Assembly (NCBI RefSeq): GCF_009914755.1
Contig: NC_060925.1
Direction: 5' to 3' (one strand)
Origin: the human T2T-CHM13v2.0 reference genome, Homo sapiens
DNA: 64,000 nucleotides
In this document: in pieces, positions 41,261-57,707 of the stretch
Layout of the letters: each line of letters starts with the position of its first letter
How positions within the stretch are numbered: position 1 is the stretch's first letter
Translations under genes and position numbers: made by a program
Notes under the pieces: generated by a model
Databases searched by the model: none
Told to the model about the DNA's origin: nothing
Seen by the model: the letters and a program-made list of their open reading frames with translations, nothing else

Positions 41261-42214
41261 CTAATAAAGTTACAATAAATTTGGTTTTATTTGGGAGCAT
41301 CTTTGGGCTTTCTATACAGCTAATGTGCATGCCTTCAAAATTTTTGCTCAGATTAGCAGATTTAAATTGAACACTAACTTGAAGAGGGTAGTTCTGTCAC
41401 AACTTCTCTTGTTTCTAAAGTTTCAAAAGAAAGCGAATCACTTGAAATATTTTTTCAACTCAGGACTATAATTTCTCTAGGATAAAACATCTTCCCAAGT
41501 TTCCAGGATTCTAAGCCTTGATTTGTGGCTCATATGTCTATATTTCAGTTAAGTTTACAATTTACTAATGCCGATGTGTGATAATCTAATAAAATCTGCC
41601 CTTAAAGGTTATAGGCCCAATTTACTAATAAAACCTAATTCAATTCTCCTTGGGAAATGCAAATCATTAGTGTCCAAGCAGCAGAACTGAATTTCCTTGC
41701 CTTTTCTATATTAGAAAGAAGCTGTCTCTCTAAGAAGTCTAAACAAATAAGAGAAATCAGACTATTAATAAGCCCATGAGCATTCATTTATGAGCATTTT
41801 TAAAACAAATGAATTTTGCATTTTAAAACAATGCAAAAATTTAAACTGGTTAATTAGCTGAATAAATGATTTTTAAGAGGCATTTACCCTTCTAGACTGA
41901 GAATATCCCACTTATTTCATTCCCATTTTTTATACAACTGGATTTAATCTGTAGAGAATTTAGTGAACTAAGATAATTTAAAGGTAGTGAACTAATTACT
42001 TAATGTATTAATAAACCCTTAGCTGCTTGCTTCCAAGCAAATCTGAATCACCAGTTTGCAGTAAACCATGTCAAATGTATTAAATCAAACTGGGTAAACA
42101 GTATGTCATCTTGCACAACAAAACCTACATATCTTACTCTGAATTTTAATAACATTTATTTTAAACTTTCTGAAGTACAGTTCACTGATAAGACTAATAT
42201 ATCTGCTTGTCATC

Positions 42215-42440
42215 TGGAGGCAATAATGATGTAATAGTAGGAGTGTTGGCTCTTACCAAGCTTAAAGGCTTCACTATTAGCTACCTGGTTTTAGGCTAGT
42301 TCCTTAAAAATATCTGAACCTTAATTTTCACATTGTGAAAATAGGGACAATATTACTCCTTGCCCTATAACCTCACACACTTTTTAATGATCAAATAAGA
42401 TACATGAAGATTTAAATGCAAGATAAATGTAACTTATTAG
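42215..42440 (+). mobile_element. MIR
   Basis: tctgaaccttaattttcacattgtgaaaatagggacaata core. Confidence 0.6.
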
Positions 42441-45400
42441 ACTTCATATACTTAGATTTAGAGTAAAAAGGCTTAAACATTTTATTCTTTGAATCTTTTA
42501 GAAGGCTCCTAAGGTATTCCACCTTCTTAACTAAAAAAGTAATTGGGACAGCTACTATGAAAGTACACAGAAAGAAAAAAGGGATTTCATGTAAAGATTA
42601 TGTAAGATCAAGACTCTTATAGTATAAAAATTTTTTATTTGCTTTGATTTTTTCCTTATTAATTAGAACTATGTTATGACATAGCTATTGCACTCTTGTT
42701 CTCCTGTTTTTACCATCCCACAAGTTTAAGAGTAAAATGACCACTGCATTATCTTAGGAATAATTTTACTTGTCATATAGTACTATTTCTTATGGTTTTA
42801 CTCAAAAAATTTTACTGTACACTTCTGCTTCATTAATACTGAAGAAGGTGGAAAGAACTTAAAATTATTTCTATTGGTCTTACCTACCTATGTCATTTAT
42901 TACTTGGCTTGAAATAGATGTTTACATATATTGAAAATAATGTCATTTGGATAACTGAATACAATTATAACAAAAATTTGCACAGATCTGAGTATTTTTA
43001 GATCAAATCATATACCATGCCCGAATCAGAGCAACTTTTAAAAGTAAACAGGACACTGTATTATTATCCAACCTTACTGTTGCTATAAAGAGGTTCTACT
43101 GAGTATGTTTAAATCATGACTTAAAATTCTATTTAAATTGAGAAGCAACCCTTGCAAATATCCCAACCTGGATCCAGCTAAGAACAAGTATTAGGGACTT
43201 ATGCAAATGTGCATGTCAAGAACAAAGTGTAAATAAAATGTATGACAGTGACTTGCATTCAATGATATTTTTTTAATATTATACTATGTTTCATAATAGA
43301 CTTATCTTAAAATATGTTTACATATTAAGAGTAAGTCAACAAATCTGTTATAATGTTTTAATACATGAAAATCAATATAAATGGATTGAGCAAATATTCT
43401 TAACCATACTGTCTGCTATCTGTTACTAGAATTACAGATGTGGCAGTGATGTATCCAATTTTATGCTATCAAAACATCATATATGAATAAAATTTTTATA
43501 AAAAACATTTTTAATAAGGAAGAGGAAAATTAAAAGTTCACTGTGGTAAATCATTTAAAAAGTGAAGAAGTTTATGAAAGGTGGATATTTATTAGTAAAT
43601 GTATCTATTTTGACTTATTTTAACATTCACATATAAAGTTTACTTAGAGTACCAGTGTAATATAATCTAGTATGTAGACAAAAATCTCATGGCACAAAAA
43701 TAACGTTGTAAAAATGTTTATTCCACTACCCTCAATGTATCAATTTTCTTTGACACATAATAACTTATTTATCAGTCTTTATGTTTATCTCTGATTATTT
43801 CATATGGACAAATTCTTAGAAATAAAGTTATAGAGTAAAAGGAAGTAAACAATCTAAGGCTCTTGTTCTTTATTACCAAATGCCTTTCATAAAGGTTTTA
43901 TTAAATTCTACAACAGGTGTTTAGGAGTGCTGTTTTGCTTTGATGTGTGGGTATTAGCACTAGAAATTATTTGGCAATTGATAGGTGAAAATGTTATGTC
44001 TGCTTTATTTTGTAAACACCATGTCTAGAAAAATGGCTAAGTCAGTTTTTTTGAAAGGCTTCATGAAGCATGTTTTCTGCTGAGAAAAAGTAATATGAAA
44101 TTCATAAATAATAGAAAAACTATGATCATCTTTGGTAAAAAAAAGTAATAACACACTAAATGAAGCAGTATTTTAGTCAATGATTATTTTAAAAAGATTT
44201 TATAGGTTTTTAGCAATTAGGTTAGTTCTTACAATGCTGAACAAATGGTTGGTGTCAATGTCTATCAAAGAAAATGCTTCTGAGAGGTTCTTTTCACTTT
44301 TTTGATCCTTCCATCTAATTGCTATGCTATGGCCACAGTAATGAAGATCATTGAACTTAAATTATTAGAACAAATGAGTTTGGGTTATTAATTAAAAATT
44401 GATAAAGGACTTATCAAAGAAGGAATTTTGCAGGCATATTTACTTTCCTCTCAATATAAAAGAATTTTTTGCTTGGCCAAATTAAGGGCTGTAAAATAGA
44501 CAACTTAGTTTCTCTTCTGAATAACTGCTTTGAAACAAACTCATAATATACAGTTCTAGTAATATGTAGTTCTGTAAACACTGCACAATGCCTTTTAGAC
44601 AGAGAATATGTAATTTTGAGGTTGCTTTCTCAAGGGAAAAAAACAGTAAACTAAATAGCTGAGTATAATTAAGGCAGCCTTACAGCTAAACAAATAAGTC
44701 TAATTTTTTTATATGTAGAATTCTAGAATTAAAAAATCATACATTTAAAAATTTGGGTAAAAGATTATTTCTTATATTTTAAAGAAATAATTTTTTAGTT
44801 CTCCTCAGTATGATTTTTAAAAGTACAACTAATATCCAACTGTGATTTAATATTTGAAAAAAAAGAGACCAAAATAGAAGGCATATGTATATGTAATATA
44901 TAATACATATAATGCATAAAAAAGTTAATATTAAAGTACTCTAAGAAAAGAAAAAGAGGCAGGCTATAACACACACATAGAAAATGAAAGTTTAAGAGTC
45001 AGATGGCTCAGATAATGCATACATCTAGTTTGTCTTTGACCCCACTGAAATGGTCAGTAAATGACATCACTGTGCCAACCACAAAGAAGAACTCCAGGCT
45101 CTCTGAAAAATATTTTTCAAAGCCCCAAGGAAACCTAAGCAGTCTCTGCAATTTTTTTTCCAGTTTATGAAAATTGGATTCCTATAAAAGAAAAATGGAC
45201 CATTTTTACTGCAACAAAAACTGATTTGTAAAAGCTGGAAGCAGTTTAAAAATACCCTTAACATGCGGTTCTTGTTAGTCTTGAAAAGTAAAAGTTATAA
45301 TAAAAAAATGGTCCAAAAATATGGTGCAGATACATGGTATACATAACTGGAAAAAAGCTAGTCTTGCTCCTATTATTTTTAATTAGCTTCAAAAGCAAGT

Positions 45401-47979
45401 TCCACTTTACTTTCTAACACCAGTTCAGATTTTAGGAGGGGAAGATTTACATTTGACGCTCTGGGATTGGCAACTCCATAGCTATTGCCTTAGAGCCCTA
45501 ATGCATTTTGCATTAGCTCTAAATGTTGGGAAATCCTGGCGCCAAGAGGTTCAAACTGATAGTGACACATGTCTAAAACCCAGGATTCACTGTCCAACTG
45601 CCAATATCTATTTTATCAAACATCCAGTCTTCTTATAGAATGGGATAGATGAGTTTAACAGTTTTCACTGTTTCCAATTAAACTGCATTGCTATCTTACA
45701 AAAATGAAGGTATTCAGATTAAGAAGGACCCCCTGACTTGGATTTTAAGAAAAATACCAATTTCAACTATTTAAATTCTTCTCTAAATCTGGCTTAGTTT
45801 CTCAGATTTTAATACATTCATCCTATTACTGAACCTTGTCATTTTATGAAGAAATAAATAATTTTTCTTTAAACAATTAAAAAAACCCTTGTGTCATACA
45901 AATTAGCAATTTGTTATTTATTACATGAATCCACTCAAACTGAAACATTAAGAAAACAGAGAATGAAAAGCCATGAGAACTGGCTGAAGAGTATGCCACT
46001 TGGCACTGTCATATTGTTTCGTGTTTTATCCCACATATTGTTATACTTAAATCATTGAAAACAATGGTAATGATAAAAGTTCACCTTTTATACATTAATC
46101 AAGTATTACTCTTTCTCCAGATAACTTGACAGTGTTTATTTATCAAAGACATATGAAGAAGAAGCAGGGAAAGAATTTATAAATCATCTGGACCATTTCC
46201 CTGATTTAAAGGAAAAACACCCAACAACTCCAAATAGACAATTTAATCTTTTTAAGATATTTAGAGAATCAGCTTTTTCAATACGTAAAGATCAATTCAG
46301 CTATTATTCTTTCACAGTTAACACAAATTCTTCATGTTGTCCATTAAGTCTGCTTATTCTCATCTTTACAGTAGAGATGAAGAATGAGTTCAACAACTTC
46401 TCTTTAATTAACTTGCATTTCTTGAAAAAGATTCCTACTTTGCTTAAAATCGGTTAAAATTAAAAATTTCAAAAATATTTTTGAATGACTATTATTTAGT
46501 TTAATGAGATTTAAATTCACCTATAGGATATCAGGAGCTGAAATGTAGCCATAGTTTAAAATTTCACATTATGCAGCAAAATTATCATATTGAAATATAT
46601 GAATAATTATGTAACAATTTAAAATACTTAAATCTTTGAATTGAAAAATATGCCACACTTTCAGATCCATGGATACTGTTAAAAAAGAGCTTAGAGGTCC
46701 TATTAAAAGGAGAATCTAACCAACCACAAATGATTGAATAAAAGCAAAAAAGCAAATGATTCCAGAGTAAGTCAGTAAAACAAAGTGTGAAAAAGAAGAC
46801 TATGAATCTTTGGCTATATTGTGTAATCCGTCTGTGGCTCTGCTGATACAGTTTAGGGTCCCTTTTCATTTGTTCTATTACCTACCACAAAATTTGAGGA
46901 AATTCATTGTGAATTATTTCTTCTAAACATGAAAAAAGTGATACAGTTAAATGTGATTGAAGGCCTTAAAAATTACAAAAGACAAGAGATGAAAGTCTTA
47001 ACTTTCTCAGGGAAAGTTCTTTCTAAAGGGCAAACAATTCTCAAATGAAAATAATTATAAAATTGTATCATTCTTTTGATTTGAAAAACAGTCTATAGTA
47101 AGTTTTATTAACTAATCTTTTAAGTCAATATTACTGGGATATGTCTTTTGTGAAGTAAAAGAAGCTACTTACATATTTTTACTTTTGAAAAGAAAGTAAA
47201 GGTACAAAGGTAAAAGGATTTTCCCAAAGTCATGTAAAAAAATCTTATTAACAGAATGGAGGAATAAAATGCTGAAATCTTTGGACCCAGTACATAACTT
47301 GTGGAATACATTTATCTCTCTCAAAACTTTTATTAGTTTATAAAGTAATCATTTTTGAGCACTAGAAATTAGAGATTTTGCTGAATTGAGCAAAAAAGGA
47401 TTTTCTGTATTTTAGTGAAAATGTTTAGTTTTTTAAAAGTCACATAATTAAATTTAAAAAAAGCAAGTCTTTCTCAAATAAGTAATGCATGATTTATAGC
47501 AGTTGGTTTTCTTTAGATTCACAGTATCTGCAGGAGATACAAAAATAATGTTTTGCTAAAAGTAAAACATAAATGGCAGAATAATTAATCTTATAAATGC
47601 TATAAGCAAAATTTTTCAATATAAATATTAAGATCACATATCTAAATCATTTCATCCTTTCCCAATTATGTTTCAGAAAACATTTGTACAGTGAATTGTC
47701 ACCTGATAGAGTACAGTATTTATAATGATTAAACAGAGCCTCTGTTTAAATAACTATAGCTAATAAAGCCAGAAGCATCAGAAGTAATCAAAAGCCATAT
47801 GCTTTCTAGTATTTAACCATGTTTAGCTTTTATTTCCTAAGGCAAGGTGTTTCTTACTATGACAATCTAGTACACAGATGAAACAATTTTTAAAGGGCTA
47901 CTATTTATTTAAAGTACACTACAGAACACTGAACTACACAAAAGGTTATTACATTTCATGTAATACTCCTATGATTTTC

Positions 47980-48288
47980 CACCATGCTTTTAAACTTTGG
48001 GTCATGACCATCAGCAAGTTGTAAAATCAATTTAGTGAGTTGCAGTTTGCATTTAAAACAGGAAGTGGAATATAATAAAATATAATTGTGTATTACAGGT
48101 AGAGTACCATTTTAAGAAATTTTTGTTTTACACATATATATAGGTAGATAAATATATGTAAACAGTTTACATATATATGTATAGGTAGATACATGTATAT
48201 AAACAAATATGTATGTATGCATTAAGTTCAAATATGAAAGGTATTTCTTTTAATGTGGGTTGTGATCAAAAAAGCTGAAAAATCACTA
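47980..48288. mobile_element. Charlie4-type hAT MITE
   Basis: aaactttgggtcatgacc...aaatcaatttagtgagttgc ... gggttgtgatcaaaaaagctgaaaaatcact. Confidence 0.6.
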
Positions 48289-48312
48289 CAGTATATTTTG
48301 TGTCCTCCAAAT

Positions 48313-48570
48313 GAGGCAGCATGTTATACTGGAAAGAACATAAACTTTGGTGATATATACACCTGAGTTCAAATTGTTGCTCCATCATCCTACTTGTGTG
48401 AATTGGTTAGTTAACCTTGAATTTTTAGAGCTGTGATTTCATCAGTAAAACATATAATAATACTTGTTTTAAAATGTTGCTGTGCAAGTTAAAATATATA
48501 CGATGAATATTTGTAAAACAGATTATATACAATGGATAATCCATAATGGCTGAAAATATAATTAGTATTA
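48313..48570 (+). mobile_element. MIR
   Basis: gaggcagcatgttatactggaaagaac...acctgagttcaaat. Confidence 0.6.
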
Positions 48571-49215
48571 AATTAAAATAACGCTACAAGTGATCATTAA
48601 GAGTTATCGCACATTGGTCACAACTGTATTGTTCATTTAAAAAATACGTGAACATATCTTACACATAGAAAATAGCTTATCCTAATGAAAAGTAGAATTT
48701 AAGAAGAAAAAAATTAATAATTTAATGAAAAAATTACTAGGCTTAAGGGAAAATAACACTATAACTGTTCACTGGACTAGCTTAATGTGAAATGTCAACG
48801 GTCAGCCTTAATTAAAATGTTACACCTCTAGGAATGATATGAAGAGAAAAATATTGTTTATACTTTCTGGCGAGATTTTAAAAATCTATTATATTATTAT
48901 GTAATAAAGCTGGATATATGCTGTGGGGAACTTTATTATAATTGCAAAACAATACTGGCCTGACTTTTTTTTTCTCTTAATTATTTTAATAAAATGCCAT
49001 CTAGGGAGGAAAAGTCTTCAATTTAATAAAAGCACCAACTTTTTAAAAACAGCTATGTCTTGGGTAATTGTTAAAATACACATCTTCTGTTCTCATTTTA
49101 TATTTTAATGGCTTTGGAAAACACTCAGAAACAATCTGCATTCATTAATTAGGCAAAAGTATTGTTTGTGTCAACAATCTATATTTTCCAACTTGAAGAG
49201 CATATTTTGTTTTAG

Positions 49216-49519
<304 letters not shown>

Positions 49520-49715
49520 TTGTGATCTCCATTTTTTAAATACAGAAAATGTGACTTCATAAGTTAATTTAAAATCAAACAAACATGCCCTTGAAAAGAT
49601 TGAGGGTTTTTTCCCCCCTCTTAATGAAAAAGAAGAGAAATGGAGAGTGAAGAGGATTTTAGCTTTCCAAAAGCAACAGATACTACACATTAGATTTTTC
49701 TTGGAAAACTGTTTA

Positions 49716-49979
<264 letters not shown>

Positions 49980-52316
49980 TTAAGTACTGGTTCACAATAA
50001 TGCAGCACAACAACTGAACATTCATTGAGCATCTACTATGTATTTGGCACTATGTGAGTACAGAGAGGAATTAGTCTCTGCCTTCAAGCAGGCTTATGGT
50101 CTCGTATGGAGAAGAAAGAAAAAGATAAGGAAGGGAAGCAAGGTGGGGACAGACAGTAAGGATGGTTCAGGCTAAGGAAATAGAACAAATAAAGGCAAGG
50201 AGGTATTAAATAGTTTGGTATTGGTAAAGGGTAATACTTTGTTGTATTTCACAGCTTTATTAGTGTAGCATGATTAGGGAATCAGATATACCAAATAAAA
50301 TAAGTGAATTTCTAAATAAGCAATATTTGACAGTTTAAGTGCCAGACATTAAAACACACACACAAACTTACATTAGAAATCTTCATATAGTTTACACTCC
50401 TTATATTCTTAAAAGGATATACTATACAGAAATATTCCTTGATTATTCAATATTCATTATAAATACTAAATATTGTACAGTCCCTAGCGTTGTGAGATAT
50501 ATCTGATTACCTACGCTAAATAGTTCTATACTAGTATGCTTATTATTCTTTGCTTATAAAGTGCTTCTTTCCCTAAATTTAAGTATTTGTTAAGACATTT
50601 TCCTGATTATAGAGTTGTACTACTTTCTCATTTGTTCCAATCTAAGAATCTAGATAACCTATTTTTGATAGAATTATGAATAAGGTAAGAATAAAAAGAA
50701 TCTGAGGAAAAAAAGATCTAAGTGATGGCTTCAGAGCTGTTCAATGAATAGAACAAATACGTTAGTATACTGCTTTTGTAATAACTATTTGGACAGCTTT
50801 GAGGCCTTTCAAAGTTTCCTTTTCTGAAAGTATGCTGGGTTGTTGAGTGGCCTGCAGATAAACATTAGCTAGGTCATACCTACCACATTGTTTATACATT
50901 TGGCACACAGTATAGGCAAATTATTCAATCACCAAATGATTATTTTATACTTAGCACATGCAAATACTGTGCTAGGTCCTGTGGGAAATGTATAAAATTA
51001 CAATACATAACCTCTGTTTTTAAGAATTTTAGTTTAAGTGAAATATAAGACAAACACTTAAGATGCAATTAAAAATGTAATTTATAATAAATGATATACA
51101 GAAGGAATGGATATAAGTACCCAATAAGTGTGGAGGCAGTAAAAGCTATAGAGGGGTCAGAAAATTCTACTTTGAGTGGAGGTGGCAGAAGTGTAACAGA
51201 TTTGAGTCTGGAAAGACAGGTAAGAGTTAAATGACGAAATCTGTTTGAGGAGTAAGGGTCTAAAAAATTGAGTGAATGGTAAAACTAAGTAATAGAGTTG
51301 GCAAACGAATTAAGTGGGGTAATTTGTATTTCCATAAGACTCTCATACTACTCATTTGATACATATATCCATGTTACACATCATATATTAATTACATATT
51401 ATTATTTAATTGTCAAATTGTTAATGGACACCTTTGGTATCTGTCCTATTACTTTACTAATTTAAAATACTTAAGAGATTGCTTGAGTTTCTACAGAAAG
51501 TGTCAGTAATATTTAATCCAGTTTTTATGTCCACTAGAAGTTAAAGTTTCTATAAATCAAAAAGACCAGCTAAACACTGAAAAGTTACAAAAAAATGAAA
51601 TCATGGAAAATGACAAGACACCACAGACTGACAGTAAAGCAATGTAAAAAAATCAATTTTATATGGATTCTAGCCATATAAAAACTTGTGATTTTATATA
51701 TAGTAAACTTTTTAAAAATGGCTGGGATTTTGTGAAAGTGGCTAAAACTAACAAACTAACAAAACTAACAAAAATCAACAAGTTCCTCTGTTAAATTAAA
51801 ACCAAAGAATTGAGAATCGGAGTTTAAGAAACCTGCCAATTTTAGAGGAACAAAGCTAAGTAAAATGCCAAAATAAAATATATGCCACACGTGGAAAATA
51901 CACACAAAGATATTCGGCATGCCAATAAAATAAAAGAATTTAACACTAAGAAATATTTCATAAATAAAGCCAAATGAAAAGATATGTGAATTATGTAAAA
52001 AAGTTTATACTTATAAAATATGACATAGTGAAGTGATCCAGATTAGGTAGAAATTAAGTAAAAATCTGACCAAATTCTCAACATCTTATTTTTGATTCAG
52101 AATGCCTATTGTCTTCAAAGGGAACAATGAGTAGCAAAAGGATAAATAGAAATACAGGGCACTAGAAAATGGGCGATCATCAAATAGAAATCAAATTAAA
52201 AATTTTTTACTTCAAAGATTCAGCCAGAAATTGTATAAATCCAGAATACAACTAGTTCAATAATATGTCTACTCTTATGTGAATAAAAAAAGAGTAAATT
52301 TATACCACTGAAGTTC

Positions 52317-52601
52317 TTTTTTTTTTTTTTTTTTTTTAGACACAGGGTCTTGCTCTGTTGCATAGGCTGGAGTGCAGCGGTACAATCACAGCTCACTGCA
52401 GCCTCAAACTCCTGGGTTCAAGTGATCCTCCTGAGTAGCTGGGACTACAGGGATGTGTACCACCACATCTGGCTAATTTTTAAAATTTGTTGTAGAGACG
52501 GGGTATTTCCCAGGCTGGTCTTGAACTTCTGGCCTCAAGTGATCCCTCTTGCCTCAGCCTCCCAAAGAGCTGGGAGTATAGGTGTGAGCTACAGTGCCCA
52601 A
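52317..52601 (-). mobile_element. AluJ
   Basis: Poly-T and reverse J-type Alu with small deletions. Confidence 0.88.
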
Positions 52602-53346
52602 CTTCATTTTTAATTTTCCTAGGACACTGTGGTTGATTAAGTAAACTGCAGCTTCTACAGTGCCCTTTATGGCTTGACAAAAGTTAGGCAGCTCTGACAT
52701 ATGAGTAATCTTTCTTTACTAGAATGAGGTATAAAAATTCTGTTAAAGCCTCTCATCCCAAGCACCTCAACTTCTTTGGAAATATCTTATTTTTTCTTAA
52801 CATTGTTCCACCAAAATTAATTCTTTTAGGGAAATATTAAAAAAGAATCATAGCTTCTTATTTATTCTCCAAATAAATCTAGGAGTGTCTTAAATTCCTA
52901 CTCTAAACTTGTTTCAAAGATATTAACAAGGAACTAAAGTATTTCATGGAACATTTAAATGACCAGAGAACAAACAGGAAACACAGATGATATACACCAT
53001 AACACTCTAAGCTATAGAGTATTATACACATTTACAGTACTCAATTATATAAAACCTTTTAGACCACAGTTATAAACCACACCTTTCTGAGATGCCCCAA
53101 GTAAGATGATAAAGGCAGTTATGAACAAAACAGAGCATATACTAGAACAGTGATGAAACCAAAGCAAATTTGTTGTCAACACAGGTAATTTATCAACCTT
53201 CTGATTTCTGAAAGCCAGTTTTAAAAAACTGGCTTATAAACATTGTGAATTAAAAAAAATACAAAAACTCAGTATCTTCTTATATATCATCTTGTATATC
53301 ATATACTCTTACTGAAATACAGTTCTTTTTTTTTTAACTCTTTTTC

Positions 53347-53632
53347 TTTTTGAGATGGAGTCTCGCTTTGTTGCCCAGGCTGGTGTGCAGTGGTGTGATC
53401 TTGGCACACTGCAACCTCCACCTCCGGGTTCAAGCGATTCTCCTGTCTCAGCCTCCCGAGTAGCTGGGATTACAGGCGTGTGCTATCACATCTGGCTAAT
53501 TTTTGTATTTTCAGTAGAGACGGGGTTTCACCATGTTGGCTAGGCTGGTCTCGAACTCCTGACCTTAAGTGATCCACTTGCCTTGGCCACCCAAAGTGCT
53601 GGGATTACAAGCATGAGCCACTGTGCCAGGCC
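53347..53632 (-). mobile_element. AluS (Sx-like)
   Basis: Reverse Alu flanked by aact(c/t)ttttt duplication. Confidence 0.9.
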
Positions 53633-53645
53633 AACTTTTTTTCTT

Positions 53646-54111
<466 letters not shown>

Positions 54112-54689
54112 TAAAGTCAAATGAAAATATAATATTGGGCTCTTTGGTGAACTAGCTAAAGGTGAAATTGTGACGGTATGGGAGAAAATAGATGTCAATA
54201 GTGTAGAGTATGAGAAAAAGAAATAACTAAAATGATGAATCTTATTAATAATTTATTTGACTATACTTTACAAGACACATCACAGAAATACATAGGTAGT
54301 ATGAAAACTATGTTTTTTACAATATTCCTGAGATAGAACAAACCATTTTAAGCTTCATATTCCAGTAATACATTCACATACTAAGATTCACTAAAATTAA
54401 TGAAGAACAATTAAAAAATAAAAAGTCATTTAGATATATGTAGTAGCAATACGGCTTTATAAATGACAAAATATTTCCTCTATGGGTAAAAGTACTAAAG
54501 CAAACAGCTTCATTTTCATAATAGCAAAGGACATTAATTAATGACTACAATCACAATAATTTTAGACTAAGTAAAAAATACTGTAACTAAAGGAGATGCT
54601 AGTTTTGTATTTCACATAATACTAAGATTTTTTTTAAAAAAACATGGGAGAATCATATACATTTGACTATTAAATAGTCTGAAAATACA

Positions 54690-55030
54690 GAGAATGATGC
54701 TAATGACTAGAAAATAGCACATGCCATTTCATTTTAAAGTAAAAGATAAGACCCAGGGAATTACGAGCCTCTCAGTTTAACCTCTGTGGCTGAAAAGCTG
54801 CTAAAGCTGTCCTTATCAGAAACAGCCTAAATTTTCAGGGAGACGCAGAGGCTTAAAAACATGGCTCAAGCATTCAAACAAATCTGCAGGAGTACAAATT
54901 TATCTGACGTTTTCTGATGCTACAATCATACACAATAAAGGAAAGGAGGCTGATATTATCTAGATTTCCATGAGACACATCAAGAAATGCTACAGGGATT
55001 CATTTAGTCCATGGACTATCCATGGAAAAT
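54690..55030 (+). mobile_element. CR1/L3 reverse transcriptase remnant
   Basis: Translates DPGNYEPLSLTSVAEKLLK (CR1 motif DPGNYRPVSLTS), with later HG and DII-LDF-like motifs. Confidence 0.75.
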
Positions 55031-56139
55031 GATGTAGGTAAAATAATTACTAAACTAAAAAAAATTGCTTGCTATAAGAAATTTAGTTTTAGACTCACAG
55101 CATGTAATTTCTACTGTCAAATGTCTATCATATCATCAGGCTATAGATTAAAAAAACCTAAATGTTTCTAAGTTTTGGTGTATGAAAATATACATAACTG
55201 TTTTCTCACAAAAGCATAACCTATACATTGTAATTAAAAAGTATCAGAAAAATATTTAGGATTTTCACTTTAAGAGGTTAATTTAAATTAATTTTGGAAA
55301 TGTGGTATAACTGTTTAGAAATCTGTTTTGAAATTTTAATTGTATTAAAACAACAATGATGAATACTGAGGTGGTTAATAGCTTTATCTGGTTTTGGAAA
55401 CTGGTAATTGATTCATTATGAAAGTTAGCTATCAATCTTCAAAGCAAGAAACTTGATTCCAAGAATATTCTGATTTCTATTAAAAAAATTCACATCATAT
55501 ATATTTTATATCATCTTACTTCATGAATACTGAATATGTAAGGAACAGCTGTTTGCCATTACTGAACTAAGAAATTCTGTTTGGTTGAAATTAATGATCT
55601 ACTCCATCTGGTTTGAAACACAAAGCAGCATTTCTTAACTACTGTAAAGTTCAGTTAGGAAGAAATCTATTTGATTTTCAGAGTAAAGCATAAGTTTTCC
55701 ATGATTTAAGTATCTATACCAAATACAAAAAATAATACATAATATCTATGGAAAATTTGCACAATACACAATTAAGAAAACACATGAATGAAAGTGTGAG
55801 TGGTATTATTAATGTGAGTACAGTGATCAGATGTAATAGTAATTTACATAATCATCCAATCATTGATCAAATTGTTCAGATAAAATGAGATAATACACAA
55901 AATATTTAGAGAACATATATTGAGAACACTAAATGCATAGTAGAAACACATAGTAGAAAATAAGGTGAGTCACTAATTCAGATATAATCGCCTTAATGAT
56001 TTTTATCTTCAACTTGCTAGAGATTTTAATTATTATAGAAATCCTTTCCTTCCTCTCCTCAACTAAATGACTTCAATGAAGTAATATTAATGTTGGCAAC
56101 AGTACAAAACAGTGAGAGCTGGAATATGCAAAAACTTAC

Positions 56140-56161
56140 CAATCTTTGTGTCAAACTCATC
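56140..56161 (-). other. Candidate 22-nt microexon introducing a premature stop
   Basis: cctttttccaag|GATGAGTTTGACACAAAGATTG|gtaagt; splice-site pattern only. Confidence 0.3.
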
Positions 56162-56709
56162 CTTGGAAAAAGGTAGTAATGCAGAATCAAAAAGGTTATA
56201 ATACATGTAAGATTTACATAAATATTAAATTTTACCTTAAAAACATTAGCATAGTTTAGAAAGAATAAACAATTACTCTAAAGTGCCTAAATCGTCCCCA
56301 AAGTTACCATATAGAGTTTGGTAGTTTGAAACTAAAGCAAAACCATGGCAAAATTAAACTGTTAAGATTAAATACCTTGGAAAACAAATGATGAATAAAT
56401 TATGCATTTAATAAATGCAGAAGAAAAATGAATATTACATTTTTGAACGGAAGTCAGAAATCTTGAAGTTGTCCATTTAAGTTACACATTCTAGCAATTA
56501 ATAAACATCTAAGAACAATTAATTTTCCTGGCTACAGCGTTTTAGGGAGATTCCATCAAAGACTAACTTGGAAAAAAAAAATGGTAAGTTAATAGGTTTG
56601 CTTATTATATATAGATGCTACATCTAAAATCATTAGCAGACCATTCATAAACTAAAAGAAGTGCTTATTAAGCTTGGGAATGTGCAAGGCTGGCCGACTA
56701 AAATCTCTA

Positions 56710-56943
<234 letters not shown>

Positions 56944-57276
56944 CTATTGAAAACAAACAGTCAACTGTTATTATATAAGCTAACTCACTTGGCACTCAGA
57001 CGGCAATATTTTTATCTCTTGAGAATTTTGGGGGCCCTTCACTGGGTCAGAGGAAGCACTACAAATACCTGTTCAGGATTATTTTATATAATAGCCAACA
57101 AAAAGCAATTACATACATAAAGAAGTCTGTGTTTGTATTATCGATCACTAATGGCAATGGCAAACACTAGAAAAGTTTAAATTTCATAAATTCTTATTTA
57201 ATATTACATAAATATTGCCAGAATTTAAGCGAGCAGTAAGACTTCAGTTTCCAAAGAGTTCTTGTGACTATAATTA

Positions 57277-57707
57277 AAGTTGACCTTAGAACAAAATGGA
57301 TTTCAATTGCACAGGTCCACTTATACATGGATTTTTGTTCCACCTCTGCCACCCCTGAGACAGCAAAACCAAGCCCTCCTCTTCTTTCTCCTCCTCAGCC
57401 TACTCAATGTGAAGACAATGATGATGAAGATCTTTATGATGATTCACTTCCACTTGGTGAATAGTAAATATATTTTCCTTATGATTTTCTTAAAAATATT
57501 CCTTTCTCTAGCTTACATTATTGTAAGAATACAGTATATAATACATATACAAAATATGTGTTAATCAACTGTTTATGCTATTAGTAAGGCTTCCAGTTAA
57601 CAGTAGGCTATTAGTTTATGTTTTGGGGGAGTTAAAAGTTATACATGGATTTTCAACTGTGTAGGGGGATTGGTCCCCTAATACCTGTGTTGTTCAAGAG
57701 TCAACTG
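57277..57707. mobile_element. Tigger2a (MER28) MITE
   Basis: TIRs agttgaccttagaacaa / ttgttcaagagtcaactg; ~430 bp; internal cctactcaatgtgaagac. Confidence 0.85.

Noticed and set aside
39712-41370. Dense ORF cluster or CpG-island gene
   Set aside because: Explained by the GC-rich MER52 LTR bounded by TG...CA and a TSD
45400-46900. Possible decayed coding or ancient transposon sequence
   Set aside because: No motif or consensus could be assigned by eye
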